Made by a program: the position numbers and the translations under genes | Notes under the pieces: generated by a model | What the model was told of the DNA's origin: nothing | Databases searched by the model: none | What the model saw: only the letters and a program-made list of their open reading frames with translations | Shown here: in pieces, positions 48,301-60,049 of the stretch | How positions within the stretch are numbered: position 1 is the stretch's first letter | Layout of the letters: every line of letters starts with the position of its first letter | Source: Lama glama | Lineage: Eukaryota | Assembly: GCA_028534125.1 (NCBI GenBank) | Contig: CM052817.1 | Coordinates: forward strand, 2,916,001 to 2,980,000 | DNA: 64,000 nucleotides | Direction: 5' to 3'

Positions 48301-51262
48301 CCACAGCCACGCCCCTGCCAGCTCCGACGCCCTCGCGGACCTGGTTCCTCCTCTGGAGGGGGGATCCGGCTTTGAGGGGCTCCAGGGGAGGCCCTGGGAT
48401 GCTCGACACAGGGCAGAACATTCCTCTCAACGGAGGGAGGCTGGCCCGGTTTTCAGACCATTTAAAATGAATTCAAGAGGAAAAAGTAATGCCGCCCCCA
48501 GATTTCCCAGGAAGCTGACTGTCCAGCTATGGGGACAGATGTCTTGTTTCACTTGTAAGCAAGCACGTGGGGGCCATCCGAAGGCCATGTGCATGGGAGG
48601 AGTGGCCCAGGAGGCAGGGGTGGCGGCCGTCCCCTCCCACACCCGCCTTTGCAGACAGAGGGGGGCTCCCTCCCTCCCTCCCGCCTCCCGGGGCCGCCCA
48701 CCCAAACCAGACAGCAGAGGCGGCCGTGCAGCGTGTACTCTAAGCTCCGTTTTTGGTCCCTGTTGTAACGTGGGGATTCATCTCGTCTTGTGTGTCTCTC
48801 TGGGATTCCTTGGGTGTGGGGCTGAGGCTCATTTTGGCTTTGGGATGGGAGGACAGGGAAGACAGGCTGACTCCATAGCCAGAGAGAAAATCAGAGACCT
48901 CCCACTCTCGTTGGGGCACTTCCCCCAAAGACTCACCGAGGGCTGCAGGGAGCAGGACGTCAGCCTCTCCCCAAAGGGCGCTCGCGGCAGACTCACCCCA
49001 GGGCTCAGGAGGACCTGCTTGTGGGAGGGAAGACGCTCTCAGTCCGACTTCTCCGGGGGTCCTGGATTGACCTGTCTTTTCCTGGCTCCCTGAAACACAT
49101 GCTCCAAGTCAGCAGGGAGCCTCTTGTTTCGTCCTAATATTTCAGACCTGTAAGCTGAGTTCCCCATCATGTTGCAGCCTCACATGTTAGCCCGGGCGAG
49201 ACTCACAGCATGGAGTGGTTGGGAGTGGGTGGTGTTTGCCCATTTTACAGACCAGGAAACCGAGGCTCAGTGCCGTGAAGGAAGCAGCCCGCAAGTAACG
49301 CCAAGTGCCAGATCCTTCTCTCTGCCTAGCCGAGCTCCTGCTCCTCAAGAGTGTCCCTGGTGTGTTTTGCAGGCTGGCAGACCTGGGCTCTGGAAAGCCC
49401 TTGTTTTAAGTCTGGTTACCTTGTGCCCACCTGGCAAAGCTGCTGACGTTTGCAGAGAACACTTGCTAAATCCCGGTGGGATATCCCCTCTGCCAGAGGT
49501 GCGGCCCTGTTCTAAGCCCCGAGGTAGCTGTACGGCGGAGCTCGTCTGGCCCAATGCACTCCCCACGGCTGCGTGCAGTCCTCAGACGCGGCGTGGCCGC
49601 TGGGCCCTGTGGCCTGAGCTCCTGGGGTTTCACATCCCAAAACGCCCTTCGGTTAGAGGCTGCTGATTTGCTTTTGCACGTGCAAATTACCCCAAGTGTG
49701 GCGGTCCCTTCGGGGGCCTCTGAGGTGTCCAGGGACGCAGCTCGCTCACCTTCACCAGCAGCCCACGCTGGGGGCCCTCCTGGATGTGGCAGCAGCGACG
49801 CTCTCAGAATGCCAAGCAGCCGCTGGCCTGACTGTCCCTGGGGCCGTGACTCTCACGGCTGCTGTGTAGCCAGACACTCGGCTGCGCTGCCTGGCGATGG
49901 CCGTTGTCCCGGCGACGGGAGAGCCCATGTCGACAGGCGTGCGTCCACCTCTGCGCTCCCTGCCCCTCTGCCTCTCCATCACCGTAACCCCTCTCGCGGC
50001 TGGCCATCAATTTTCCTCCGCCAGGGGAGACAGCAGGGGTTTTATTTTCATATTGTAAACCACTGTCTCTCCTGGGAGGAGGAGGAGCAGTAGCAGTCGG
50101 GAGGAAAGAAATGTCAGTATGTCTAGAGCAGTCTTCAATTGTGGCCTTATCTTGTCAAGGTCCGGTAGCCCAATCCCCAATTTCCAAGCTCTCGGGCCTG
50201 ATGTCAGTCTTGTCCTTGGTGGTGCACAAGGCAGGGGGCTCCAAAACGCTAGAAGGTCCCAGCCCTCCGCAGGCGGCAGGTAAGGAGTCCACCCCAGCAC
50301 GTCCTTACTGCAGCCTCGGTCCGCGGCAGGTGGCGAAGGACTGGGGCTTTCCTTTCCGTTGCTCCGTGCATGGGGCCGGTGAGTCAGCCCGGGTGCACGG
50401 GCTGGGTCTCTACATGCCGGACTGGATGCTGAGAACTGTCTGCATGCCCTCGTGTGATTAACTTTCTCCTGCTTGGTTGAGGTAACGTCAGCCCAGCTGG
50501 GTGACTCCCCTCCCCCAAAACAGGCCAGTGGAGAACACAGACACCTCTTCACTCAGCTCCAGATAGGCCGCTGCACAGAGGATGGTGTTGCTCGGTTCCA
50601 CTGAGCTCATCTCTGGTTGTGCATTGCACCCTCTTCACTGCTCTTCGTGGAATTCTTCCAGCGGCATGACTTGCTCCCCGTTTTGTGTTTTGTGGGAAGT
50701 GAGTTGGGGCAGACAGAGGAAGGACTTTGAAGTCAGATTGCCAGGGTTCAAATGTCCGCCCCTGCCACCCGTGGATCCTTGATCTTGAGAAAGACACGTG
50801 GTCTCTCTGATCTGAGAAATGGGTTGTTGTGTGGGGATAAGCAGCGATGTCCATGCAGCGCCCAGCTGAGACTGACCCAGCAGGGGCTGGATGACTGGGA
50901 ACTTCTGTTACTTTAAACTTGACACGTACAAAGTGGGTTCTGCAGAATGCCAGGTGGGCGCATCCAAGAACAGGACACGATTTCCCCAGGTCGGGGCTTG
51001 GCTGGCATTGTAATTAGACATCGCTGCACACACCTGCTCTGATCTAAGCCCACCCTGTGCAGGCACCCAGCCCTCCGCAGGCAGCGCTCCTGCCAGAACC
51101 TTCTCCAGCTGGCCCTGTCCCTCAGCCCTTAAAAGGACGAGGGCTGGCCACTGTTTCTTTGATGAGTTTCCATTTCTGAGCATGACTGTGCCGTGGGAAC
51201 TGTGACGCAGACACCCGGAATCAGTGGCGCGCTGTCTTGACCAATTAATTCTTCCCTTCCAG

Positions 51263-51315
51263 CTGCGAGGCGGTCAGATGGGGAGGATGGAGGTTTTGAC
51301 CCGGATAACAGGAAG
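51263..51315 (+). CDS. ABLIM2: ABLIM2 coding exon (exon 15 equivalent)
   Basis: cccttccag|CT acceptor, AAG|gtaatg donor, 53 nt. Encodes (A)ARRSDGEDGGFDPDNRK. Confidence 0.94.
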
Positions 51316-51807
51316 GTAATGCAGGAGCTGAAGGGGTGGGAACGGCCTCGTTCAGAAGCCTCAGGCTCCCCCTCCTCGGTTCTGTTCCTTGAGGGTCCCA
51401 TGAAGCCACACAGAACAGGGACCAAATTTAAGAAGAGGTCCCGGCAGCCTCCTTCCTACGCTTACGATTAGCACATCTGCTACGACGTCCCTGTTATGTG
51501 CCGGGTTAACGTGGTCGTGGTTTTGTAAATGAGGAGATGTCTTGAAAGACAGGAAAGCAGATCACAGTGCGGGAATTAGGATTCGGCCCATGGGCCGAGC
51601 TTGCCCGCCCTGGCTCAGGGACTAAGGCCCCCTTTGCTTGTCTTTAAGGAAGGTGGGTGGGTGTGAGGATAGCCCAAGGCTGGCTCTCTCCACGTGAAAC
51701 CATCTGGGCCCCTGACCACCCAGTGCCTCAGTTTCCTCATCTGTGAAATGGGGCAGTGCCCTTGCAGGGGACCTGGAAATTCACGTGACTTTTTTTCCTT
51801 CTCTCAG

Positions 51808-51949
51808 CAGAAGACCAGCTGGCTGATTCTCAAGGGAGACGCAGACACTCGGACTAACTCTCCAGACCCGGACAGCCAGTCTCTGTCCCACAGCAGCGGG
51901 ACCGATAGAGGCCCTCTCCAAATGACGCAAGGGGACAACTTTTACTCAC
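51808..51949 (+). CDS. ABLIM2: ABLIM2 coding exon (exon 16 equivalent), NAGNAG acceptor (alternative start 51811)
   Basis: ttctctcag|CAG|AAG acceptor, CAC|gtgagt donor, 142 or 139 nt. Encodes (Q)KTSWLILKGDADTRTNSPDPDSQSLSHSSGTDRGPLQMTQGDNFYS. Confidence 0.95.
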
Positions 51950-54486
51950 GTGAGTGGTTCTTTTGAGCACGGAGCTGTCAGTGTGGCACCAAAGGGCTTG
52001 ACAGAAAAGGGGCCCGCCACTTCAAACCAGTCCCTCCAGACCTAAGCCTGGTTCGTTAAAAATTCTGAGAGCAAACTGGAGGACAGAAGGGCAGACTGGT
52101 GGGGAGCGGACGCTTAGCCGTGTGCTGGCCCCCCTCAGACGGACATCCCTTAGACTGCGCCAGTGGGTCTCCCAGAGCTTTCCAGAATTGGCAAGAGGGT
52201 AGGAGACCAAATCAGGCTCCTGGGCTCTTTCGGGAAAAAGGCTTCCGGGCTGCCAGGCTGGACGCTGAGGGCCCATTTCCCTCCAGAGCGGACAGGAGCA
52301 TGGTCCAGGCGGGCGAGTCCAGACTCGGAGTCGAGAACAGCACTGTCCCGTCTCTTACGCTCATCTTGCACATGGGACGGGGAGCCGGGACCTTGTCTCC
52401 TCGGGGGGTCATGGGTCTGAGCAGGCGTGCTCACCAGACATAGTGTGAGACTCCTGGTAACGGTCTTCACGTCCAGAGGCCGTCCCTCGCCCAGCGAGAA
52501 TGACAGCTAGCTGGGTCTAACGCATGGAATCGTTTGCGGCCGTGGCCTTGGGGTCCAGGCGGGCCATGTGGGCAAAGGGGAAGCTTAGCTTGGAAGCCGA
52601 GGCCGGGAGCGGATGGGCACGGGAGAAAGCAGAGGAAAGGCACTGGCTGTGCCATGAGGCAGACCCGAGTTCAAACCCTAGCCCACCAGTGACTAGCCAC
52701 CTGACCACTGTCAGGGCCTCGGTCCCACCTGTGCGCCTGGCGGGTGGTTAGAGACCCGAGGGAGGCACCACGTGTGCAGCCGGCTCTGTGCCTGCCCCGT
52801 AGCAGGTGCTCAGCAAACCCTCTGTCTTCCATCGCCATCACCATCCTCATGCTGTGAACTGTCTCACCAGTGAGGGTGCAGGGCTTCTGGCGAGGGGCGC
52901 AGTGAGGAAGCTGGGAGATTACCACTCGCTAAAGAAGAAGTCTGAACAAAGGAAGGATGTGTTGTCTTTCGCACGAGCTTCGTGAGCAGACGCCCACGCG
53001 CCCCTGCGCCCCAGCCCGCCTGGGCTGCATCTCTCTAGGTGGGACCGCAGAGCCAGCTCCCAGGGCTGACGTCACCATGGGAAGGTCACGCCAGGGAGTA
53101 CCCCAGAGGGACTCGTCCAGGTGGCCCTCTAGTCCTCCTGGGGCTGGTCTGGAAGGGCCGTGGCAGGCTGCCCGTCCCTCCAGCGGCAGGGCTGGTCACG
53201 GGAGAACCGATGGGCAGACCCCAACCCGGCAGGGGCAGCAGGTCCTCCCGCTCAGCTGTGCCTGGTCATGCAGGACTTGCACGTGGGCCCTGGCCACTGG
53301 CCTTGGCCATGGGCCCCTCTGCTTTGTGCTCCATTTTAACTCACGGCAATTGTGTTTGCAAAGCGCAGCGCTCCTGCTGCACCAGCACCCCCGGCACCCC
53401 CCACATCTGGAGGGCACCAAGGCATCAGCCCCGAGGGAGTGAGGGTGCTCAGGAAAGGACTCTGGGGGTCTGTGGTGGTCTGACGCTAGAGCTTCAGTCC
53501 TTCCCTTGCCGGTGCTGGGCGGGCCTGCATCTGCAAGGCTGATGGCCACCACCTCCCCTAGTCTGTCCTCGGGGGGCAGCTGCTGCCACCCCCCACTCCG
53601 GGGAGTCCCATGTACCTTCACAGCCGGCCCGTGGCTGGGGCCAAGGGAGGTGGGGACACCACGTGGGGAGAAGCCTGGGCAGGAGATGGGCCGCCCCATG
53701 GGGACCTCCCTGTGCCACTGACCTGCTGTGTGACTGTTGCTTCCTCCTCCGCAGCTGCAGGGCGAGGTGCCCTGCAGTCGTCCTAGGCATCCCCCAGGCT
53801 GTGGCCCTGCCAGGCCTGAGGCTGCACAGCTGTTTGCTTGGCTGGTCACATGCCTGCCAGGTCTGTATGTCAGCTCCATTCCTTGCCATTGCGTCCCCGT
53901 CACAGGCTGCACGTGTGACCGCAGGTGGGAACGGGCTCTTCCCGTCCCCGTGCACCCGGGGCTGCAGGATTCCAGGTGCCCGTGCTGGGAATCATGCTCT
54001 ACCTGGGGCGGTTCCTCCGTGGTACAAACAGCCTGTGTGTGCTGTGTTCTCCTCCTTCACGGATGCGAGCTCAGGATGACGTGATCATAGATCTGTCACC
54101 CCTTCCCTGCCATTGCTGTTTTGTCAGCTCCTCCGGGTGGGAAGCCCCATCTAACCATCACAATGATCCCTTTCTTTCTATCTGATGATGTGGCCTGGTT
54201 TCCCGATGTGCATGGAAGTAGCAGCGAGGACCCAAGCTACTGGCCGTGCATAGATCAGGCAAGCCTTGCTGTCTGCCAGCTTCTTAAGGGTTATCCATAA
54301 ACTGAGGTTATCCACCCTCTTTTCTGGGGTTCCTTCGGATCTCACCAAGTAGCCCCCAATCCATCAACACCAGTTTCATTTGCCGACAACCGGTGTCAAA
54401 CAGAGCATTTGCACGCAGCAAGGCACACCTGTGTCCCTGGGACATCCATCTGTAGCGCGCCCAGGAAGGTAGGATTGTGACACTCT

Positions 54487-54566
54487 ACACAGTGGGTGCT
54501 CAGTAAATGTTTGTTGAATTGAGATGCGTTAAATTCAACGGGTATTTATTGAGCCCTCACTCTGTG
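54487..54566 (+). ncRNA. MIR95: pre-miR-95 hairpin (mature 3p ~54534-54555, 5p ~54500-54520)
   Basis: ACACAGTGGGTGCTCAGTAAATGTTTGTTGAATT-loop-AATTCAACGGGTATTTATTGAGCCCTCACTCTGTG folds into a long hairpin. The 3p arm TTCAACGGGTATTTATTGAGC matches miR-95-3p, which is known to be intronic in ABLIM2. Confidence 0.95.
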
Positions 54567-54774
54567 CCAGACGCTGTGCGGGGCGCCAAGGGGGGTACCG
54601 AGAAGACAAGAGCAGCGCCTGCCCTGGAGAAGCGCGCAGGGAGCTGGGAGAGGCAGAGACGCCGCTGGGGGCAAGCCCGCACAGCCCGCTGCCGCCGCCA
54701 GGGTCCTCCGTGGGCTCCCCAGGGCCAGGCCCACCCTCATCCCACTCATGACCCCATCAGCACATCTCACCTAA

Positions 54775-54860
54775 ATTCATCATTCAGTCATTCATCCGTC
54801 CTTTCACCAAACATGCATTGAGCACCTACTATGTGCTGGACACAGGGCTAGGCAGCAGAG
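54775..54860 (-). mobile_element. L2 3' tail
   Basis: TTCATCATTCAGTCATTCATCC..CAAACATGCATTGAGCACCTACTATGTGCTGGACACAGGGCTAGG. Confidence 0.75.
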
Positions 54861-56182
54861 AGGAGGTGGTGAATTCGTCCCGGTCCCCGGGCCCCAGCAG
54901 GAAAGCAGACAATGGAGCAGCTATGGCCAAGCAGTGTGACATGCCTCTCCACCATGGCAGTGGTTCTCAGCCAGCACTGCCAACCCCTCTAAAGGAGGTC
55001 TCACTGAAATACATGTTTTATCATAGACTCTGTTGTCTACCTGGGGCAGTGATGAACCTGATTTCTGCACAGGAAAGGGATGGTACTGATTTTCTGTTGG
55101 AAGAAGAGTCTTGAGCCTTATAGGGTGAGATTCACGGCCCCTAGAAGAACACAAGGTCACGTGGGCCCCCCTCCCCTGGCCCAGACCCCGCAGACGGGCC
55201 TGCTGCTGCTCTGGTCCCACCTCCCTAACCCTTCAAGTCTGTCCTCCCTCTTGAGGTCCCCAAGATCCCCTTCTAGGGAGTCAGAGGCAGCTCAGCGGAA
55301 GACACAGCCCCAGGCCGGCTGGAGAGCCTTCCCCGAGGACACGGTGGTCCCCAGAGAGGACCCTACACTTCCGCAGGGAAAAAGGCCCTGCTGAAGTCCG
55401 AGCACGTGAGAGGATTCAGGGTGGGCCTGAAGACTGGGGTGGGGACAGCTGTGCGTTAGAGACGAAGGCAGCACAGACGGGTGGTCCAGTGTGGGCCACT
55501 GCCCCACCCTGCCTGTGGCTTTGCCACTGTGTGTCACCTGCCGTGTGCCCGTCCCCGTGGAGGCCCATGCTTGATGGGACGACCTTGTCTTCGTGGGCCG
55601 CCCACCCTGCCCGGGCCCGAGATGGCCTCCTGGGTGCCTCGCAGGGCACATCGGCGTGATGGTTGGGAGACGGCGCTTCCATCCACTTTTCTTCCCCTGC
55701 TCGCGGGAAGAAAGTGGGCTGGGGTCTTGGATGGAAATGGCTTTCCCCATTCCCCGTGAGTCCTCTGGAGCTCCCAGGCGAGAAAAAATCATTCTCACGT
55801 GTCTTCGTCCATGGCTGAAAGAAAGAGGGACCTGATTTGCTATTTGCCAATCCCACGAGAATTTTGGGAGGGGGACACATGCTCAGGTGGAGGACCCCAG
55901 GGGTAGGGTCGCACTGACAGGTCGTGCTTTCCTAGGCCAGGGCACTATGTGCAAGCACCACTGCACAGGACTGACAGGACATCAGTCCACACCCTCGTTT
56001 TAGGACAGGCAGAGAGGGCCAGAGACAGGGCGTGACCCACCCCGCCTCAACTGACGTTTCAAGAGGGCCCCACACCCTGACACTGGGTAGGCCCGGGGGC
56101 AGGGCAGAGGCCAGTCAGACAGCATCCTGCCCCAGGAGCTGACAGTCCAGAGGGAGTGGGGACAGGGACAGAAACAAAGTCA

Positions 56183-56682
56183 NNNNNNNNNNNNNNNNNN
56201 NNNNNNNNNNNNNNNNNNNNNNNNNNNNNNNNNNNNNNNNNNNNNNNNNNNNNNNNNNNNNNNNNNNNNNNNNNNNNNNNNNNNNNNNNNNNNNNNNNNN
56301 NNNNNNNNNNNNNNNNNNNNNNNNNNNNNNNNNNNNNNNNNNNNNNNNNNNNNNNNNNNNNNNNNNNNNNNNNNNNNNNNNNNNNNNNNNNNNNNNNNNN
56401 NNNNNNNNNNNNNNNNNNNNNNNNNNNNNNNNNNNNNNNNNNNNNNNNNNNNNNNNNNNNNNNNNNNNNNNNNNNNNNNNNNNNNNNNNNNNNNNNNNNN
56501 NNNNNNNNNNNNNNNNNNNNNNNNNNNNNNNNNNNNNNNNNNNNNNNNNNNNNNNNNNNNNNNNNNNNNNNNNNNNNNNNNNNNNNNNNNNNNNNNNNNN
56601 NNNNNNNNNNNNNNNNNNNNNNNNNNNNNNNNNNNNNNNNNNNNNNNNNNNNNNNNNNNNNNNNNNNNNNNNNNNNNNNNNN
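56183..56682. other. Assembly gap (500 N)
   Basis: Run of N. Confidence 1.
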
Positions 56683-56827
56683 TGGGGTGGGTGTCCTAGG
56701 AGAGGGGTCCTCTGGGGGTCTCCTGGGGTGGGTGTCCTAGGGGAGGGGTCCTCTGGGGGTCTCCTGGGGTGGGTGTCCTAGGGGAGGGGTCCTCTGGGAG
56801 TGTCCGGGGGGGTGTCCTAGGGGAGGA
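56683..56827. repeat. 41-bp G-rich minisatellite (at least 3.5 units) abutting the gap
   Basis: Unit TGGGGTGGGTGTCCTAGGGGAGGGGTCCTCTGGGGGTCTCC starting at 56683, 56724 and 56765, plus a partial unit. Confidence 0.92.
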
Positions 56828-59449
56828 GTTCTAAGCAGCACAAACAGCACAGACAAAGGTTCGAGTCAAGAAGCAAGGTGGCAGTGTGGGAACCAGGAAC
56901 CCAGAGGGGCAGCGAGAGATGGTCGCAGAAGCCCGCTGGCCTGTGTGCAATGCTAGGACATCCCTTTTCTGTCTGCTGGGGACCGGTCAGCACCACAGGG
57001 CTGTGAGCAGATGAGGTGACCCATTTTACACATTTAAACACGGATGGGCAGCTTAGCAGAGGACGGGCTGGAGTCTGCCGGGCCAGGGTCACAGGGACTG
57101 TGGTGTCCAGATGAGCAGTGGGGAGCCCCCGAACCATCTGAACAGCAGGACCGTGTGTGAGCAGTTAAGGAGGATGGGTGGGGATGCTGTTCCAGTTCAG
57201 ATGGGCGGAGGCACCTTTATTCAGAGCAAGGGAAGGAGCGGCTGGGTGAGGAGCCCGAGACACCAGGCAGAGCTGCCCAGAGGTGGACGGATGGACACGC
57301 TGGGCCGGAGGCAGAGTCCCAGGCGTCCTCGGCTCCCAGGTGGGCCTGAGGTCCTGGGGGTAGGTGTCCTGAGAGCCAGGCCCTCCCTCAGGTGTGTGCC
57401 TGGGCCGCGGTACTTTCTCAAAAGAGTCTAACACCCAAAGTGTGGTGGGACGGAGTGAGAGAGTGTGGGCGGTGGGGGGAGCCACAGTGTGGGAGCCCCA
57501 GGGGAGCCACCAGGGACGGGGAATGTCGGGGTGGGGTAGGCAGGGGAGTCGGGAGGGGAGGCCTGAGGGAACCGGAGGGCTTGGCTCGGGCCACCCAGCG
57601 TCCAACAGATGGTAGGAGGTCAGCTGGTGCGGAGACTCCTGGGGAGGGAACGGTCGGTGGGTCTGTCTGTAAAGACCTGGCCTCCAGCTGGACGGGCAGA
57701 GTGCCCTCTGCCCCTGGCTTGTGTTTGGTGCCAGCAGGAGCGGTGGGGGCTCCAGACGTCAGGGAGGGGCCTTGGCCCAGGAGAAGTCGCTGTTGGCCCC
57801 TTAGTGGTAGAGACCCCCCCGGCTGCAAGAGGGGCGCCCCGGGGTGGAGCTGCGGCCCTTCCCTGGGGGCTTACTGGGACTCTGCTTCTAGCAAAGCCCC
57901 TGCAGCCCCTGTGCTGGGCAGGTTTGCCCCCCAGCCCGGGGACTGGACAGCGTATGGCCTCTGGCTGGTGGCAGAGGCACGGGCTGTGAGCGAGACCCTC
58001 TGGTGTCCATGGGAAGGAGCCCGTGGCGCAGGCCGCACCTCTCAGGGCCTCCTCTGCCCCCTCCAGCCCTGCACTGGGTCTTGAGGCTCCCCCCACCCAT
58101 CTCGAAGCTCCGTCTCCCCTCCCCCGACCCCGGCCGGGAGCGCCTCGCCTATAGCACTTTACGTCCTTTCTCCCGTCGACCGTTAGCCACTGGGGAGCAG
58201 CGTCCGGGGGGCGCCCCCATACCCCCCCTGTGCGTGCAGCAGCCCCCCAGAGAGTGCCCGCGGGGTGCTGGGTGCCCCGGTCTTCCCTGAGCAGAGCCTC
58301 CCTTCGTGGGGCCCAGCGCGGCGGTGGGGTGGGGGAGACCAGGGTGGCTGTGGCAGACGTGAGGCGGTGACAGTGTGCATGAGACCACGTGGAGGGTCAG
58401 CAGAGAGGGCCAGGCCCAGGTGCTGGTCCGCCCGGGATGGGATCCTAGCCTCTCGCTTGCTGTGTGACCTTGGTACAAGAGCAAGCTTCTCTGAGTTTGG
58501 AATCAACGTCTCTGAGAGCAGGGATGAACCAGCCCTCCTGGCAGGAAGCATCTGGGCTTTGGGGCTCAAATGTAGGCCTGGCGTCCTGTGGCTTGAGACC
58601 TGGGGGGGCGGCGCTCACAGCAGAGCAGGTCAAGCCCACAAGCCTAGCCGTGGGGGAGCCTTCAGTGGGCCCCTCTCACTTGCTTCTGAAGCGTGAAGCT
58701 CGGACAGCCCAGGGGGCCTCCTGTTCATGGTTCCTTGGGGCTGAAGGAACCCCTCCTTCCTCAGACGGGAATACTGAGGCCCAGAGAAGGAGCCCAGGCC
58801 TACACAGGGCCAGGCAGCTGCAAAGCTACGTGTCCACGCACCAGTGAGCTGAAAGCCGTTCACGGCGCTGGTGAAACTGCCACGGAGCTGCCCGGGGAGA
58901 GCGCCCTGGATGTCTGCAGAGCCTCCTGGGCGCGTGACGGGCCTTGTGTCTCAAGCTGCACCTGGAGCAGCCATCCGCTCATCTGCGAGGGGCCTCTGCT
59001 CGCACATCCGGTGGTTACTCTAACCTCTGACAAGCCAGCCCAGAAGAGGGACAGACCCAAGGAGACCATGCTCAGGGTCCCAGGAGTGGTCCCAGCAGAA
59101 CGCTGAGGGCAAATTTGCCACAGTGGGCTTCTTGGAGCAGGTGACAGGGGTTAGGCTGAGCTTGGACACGGGGCGTGGGCAGGTGTCCAGAGCTAACAGG
59201 GCCTGATAATCCTCAGGTCAAGAGTACCCAGCTGCCACCCGTCCCAGGACCAGCACATCCACCTTCCCCCTCGGTGCTGTCTCTCCCTCTGACACACACG
59301 CGTGGCACACACTCTGAAGGCCAGCCAATGCCGCCTGCCAGGCCCGTCTCCAGAAGACCCCACACCAGCAAAGCCTCAGCAGGGCGGAGCTGCCGGAGCA
59401 CAAGGGCTTGCGAGGTCCCAAAGCCGGAGTCCTGGGCACTTGGCTTTTC

Positions 59450-59590
59450 CTCTTCCTGAGTAACTGTTTGACCTGATACTTAATTTCATTAGGTCTCAGC
59501 TTCCTCACCTGGAGAATGGGCTCATGTGTAATGCCTTGGCTTGTGAGGGTCAAGTAAAATCTCTGGATATGTGAAGGGACTTTCTAAACA
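59450..59590 (+). mobile_element. MIR SINE
   Basis: TAACTGTTTGACCTGATACTTAATTTCATTAGGTCTCAGCTTCCTCACCTGGAGAATGGG...GTGAGGGTCAAGT. Confidence 0.6.
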
Positions 59591-60049
59591 GGACCTCTCA
59601 ACCCTGGCTGCACATGGGATGGCCAGGGCCTCTGAAGTCTACTGAGAGCTGGTCCCGTCCCTAGAGAGACCAATTCTAAGGGCACTCAAGAGCACCCTAG
59701 TGATGAGGTGGCAGAGACGCCTCTCTCCCTGCTCATCCCCACTCAGTACAACTGAAAAACGTTTCCAGGTGTGGCAGACAACCACAGAACTCCGAAGGGT
59801 GGAGAGAGGAAGCTAGACTGGCCAGGGACCTGGGGCTGAAGGAAGAACACAGGACTTGTGTCTCCCATCTGCCATGCAGTGGACAAGGTGACCAGGCAGA
59901 TGACTACCCTCCCTGGCACCCAGCACCCTGCAAAATAGGCCCAGGGACACACTCTCTATCCATGGCCAGTGTCTCCTACCTCTGGACACAGAGCAACCAG
60001 GGAAGCACATTTTGCCCCCAGGGTGTTCCCAGCAATACCAGGTGGACTC

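Noticed and set aside
56683..56827. CRISPR-like array
   Set aside because: Head-to-tail tandem units with no unique spacers in a mammalian intron; it is a minisatellite.
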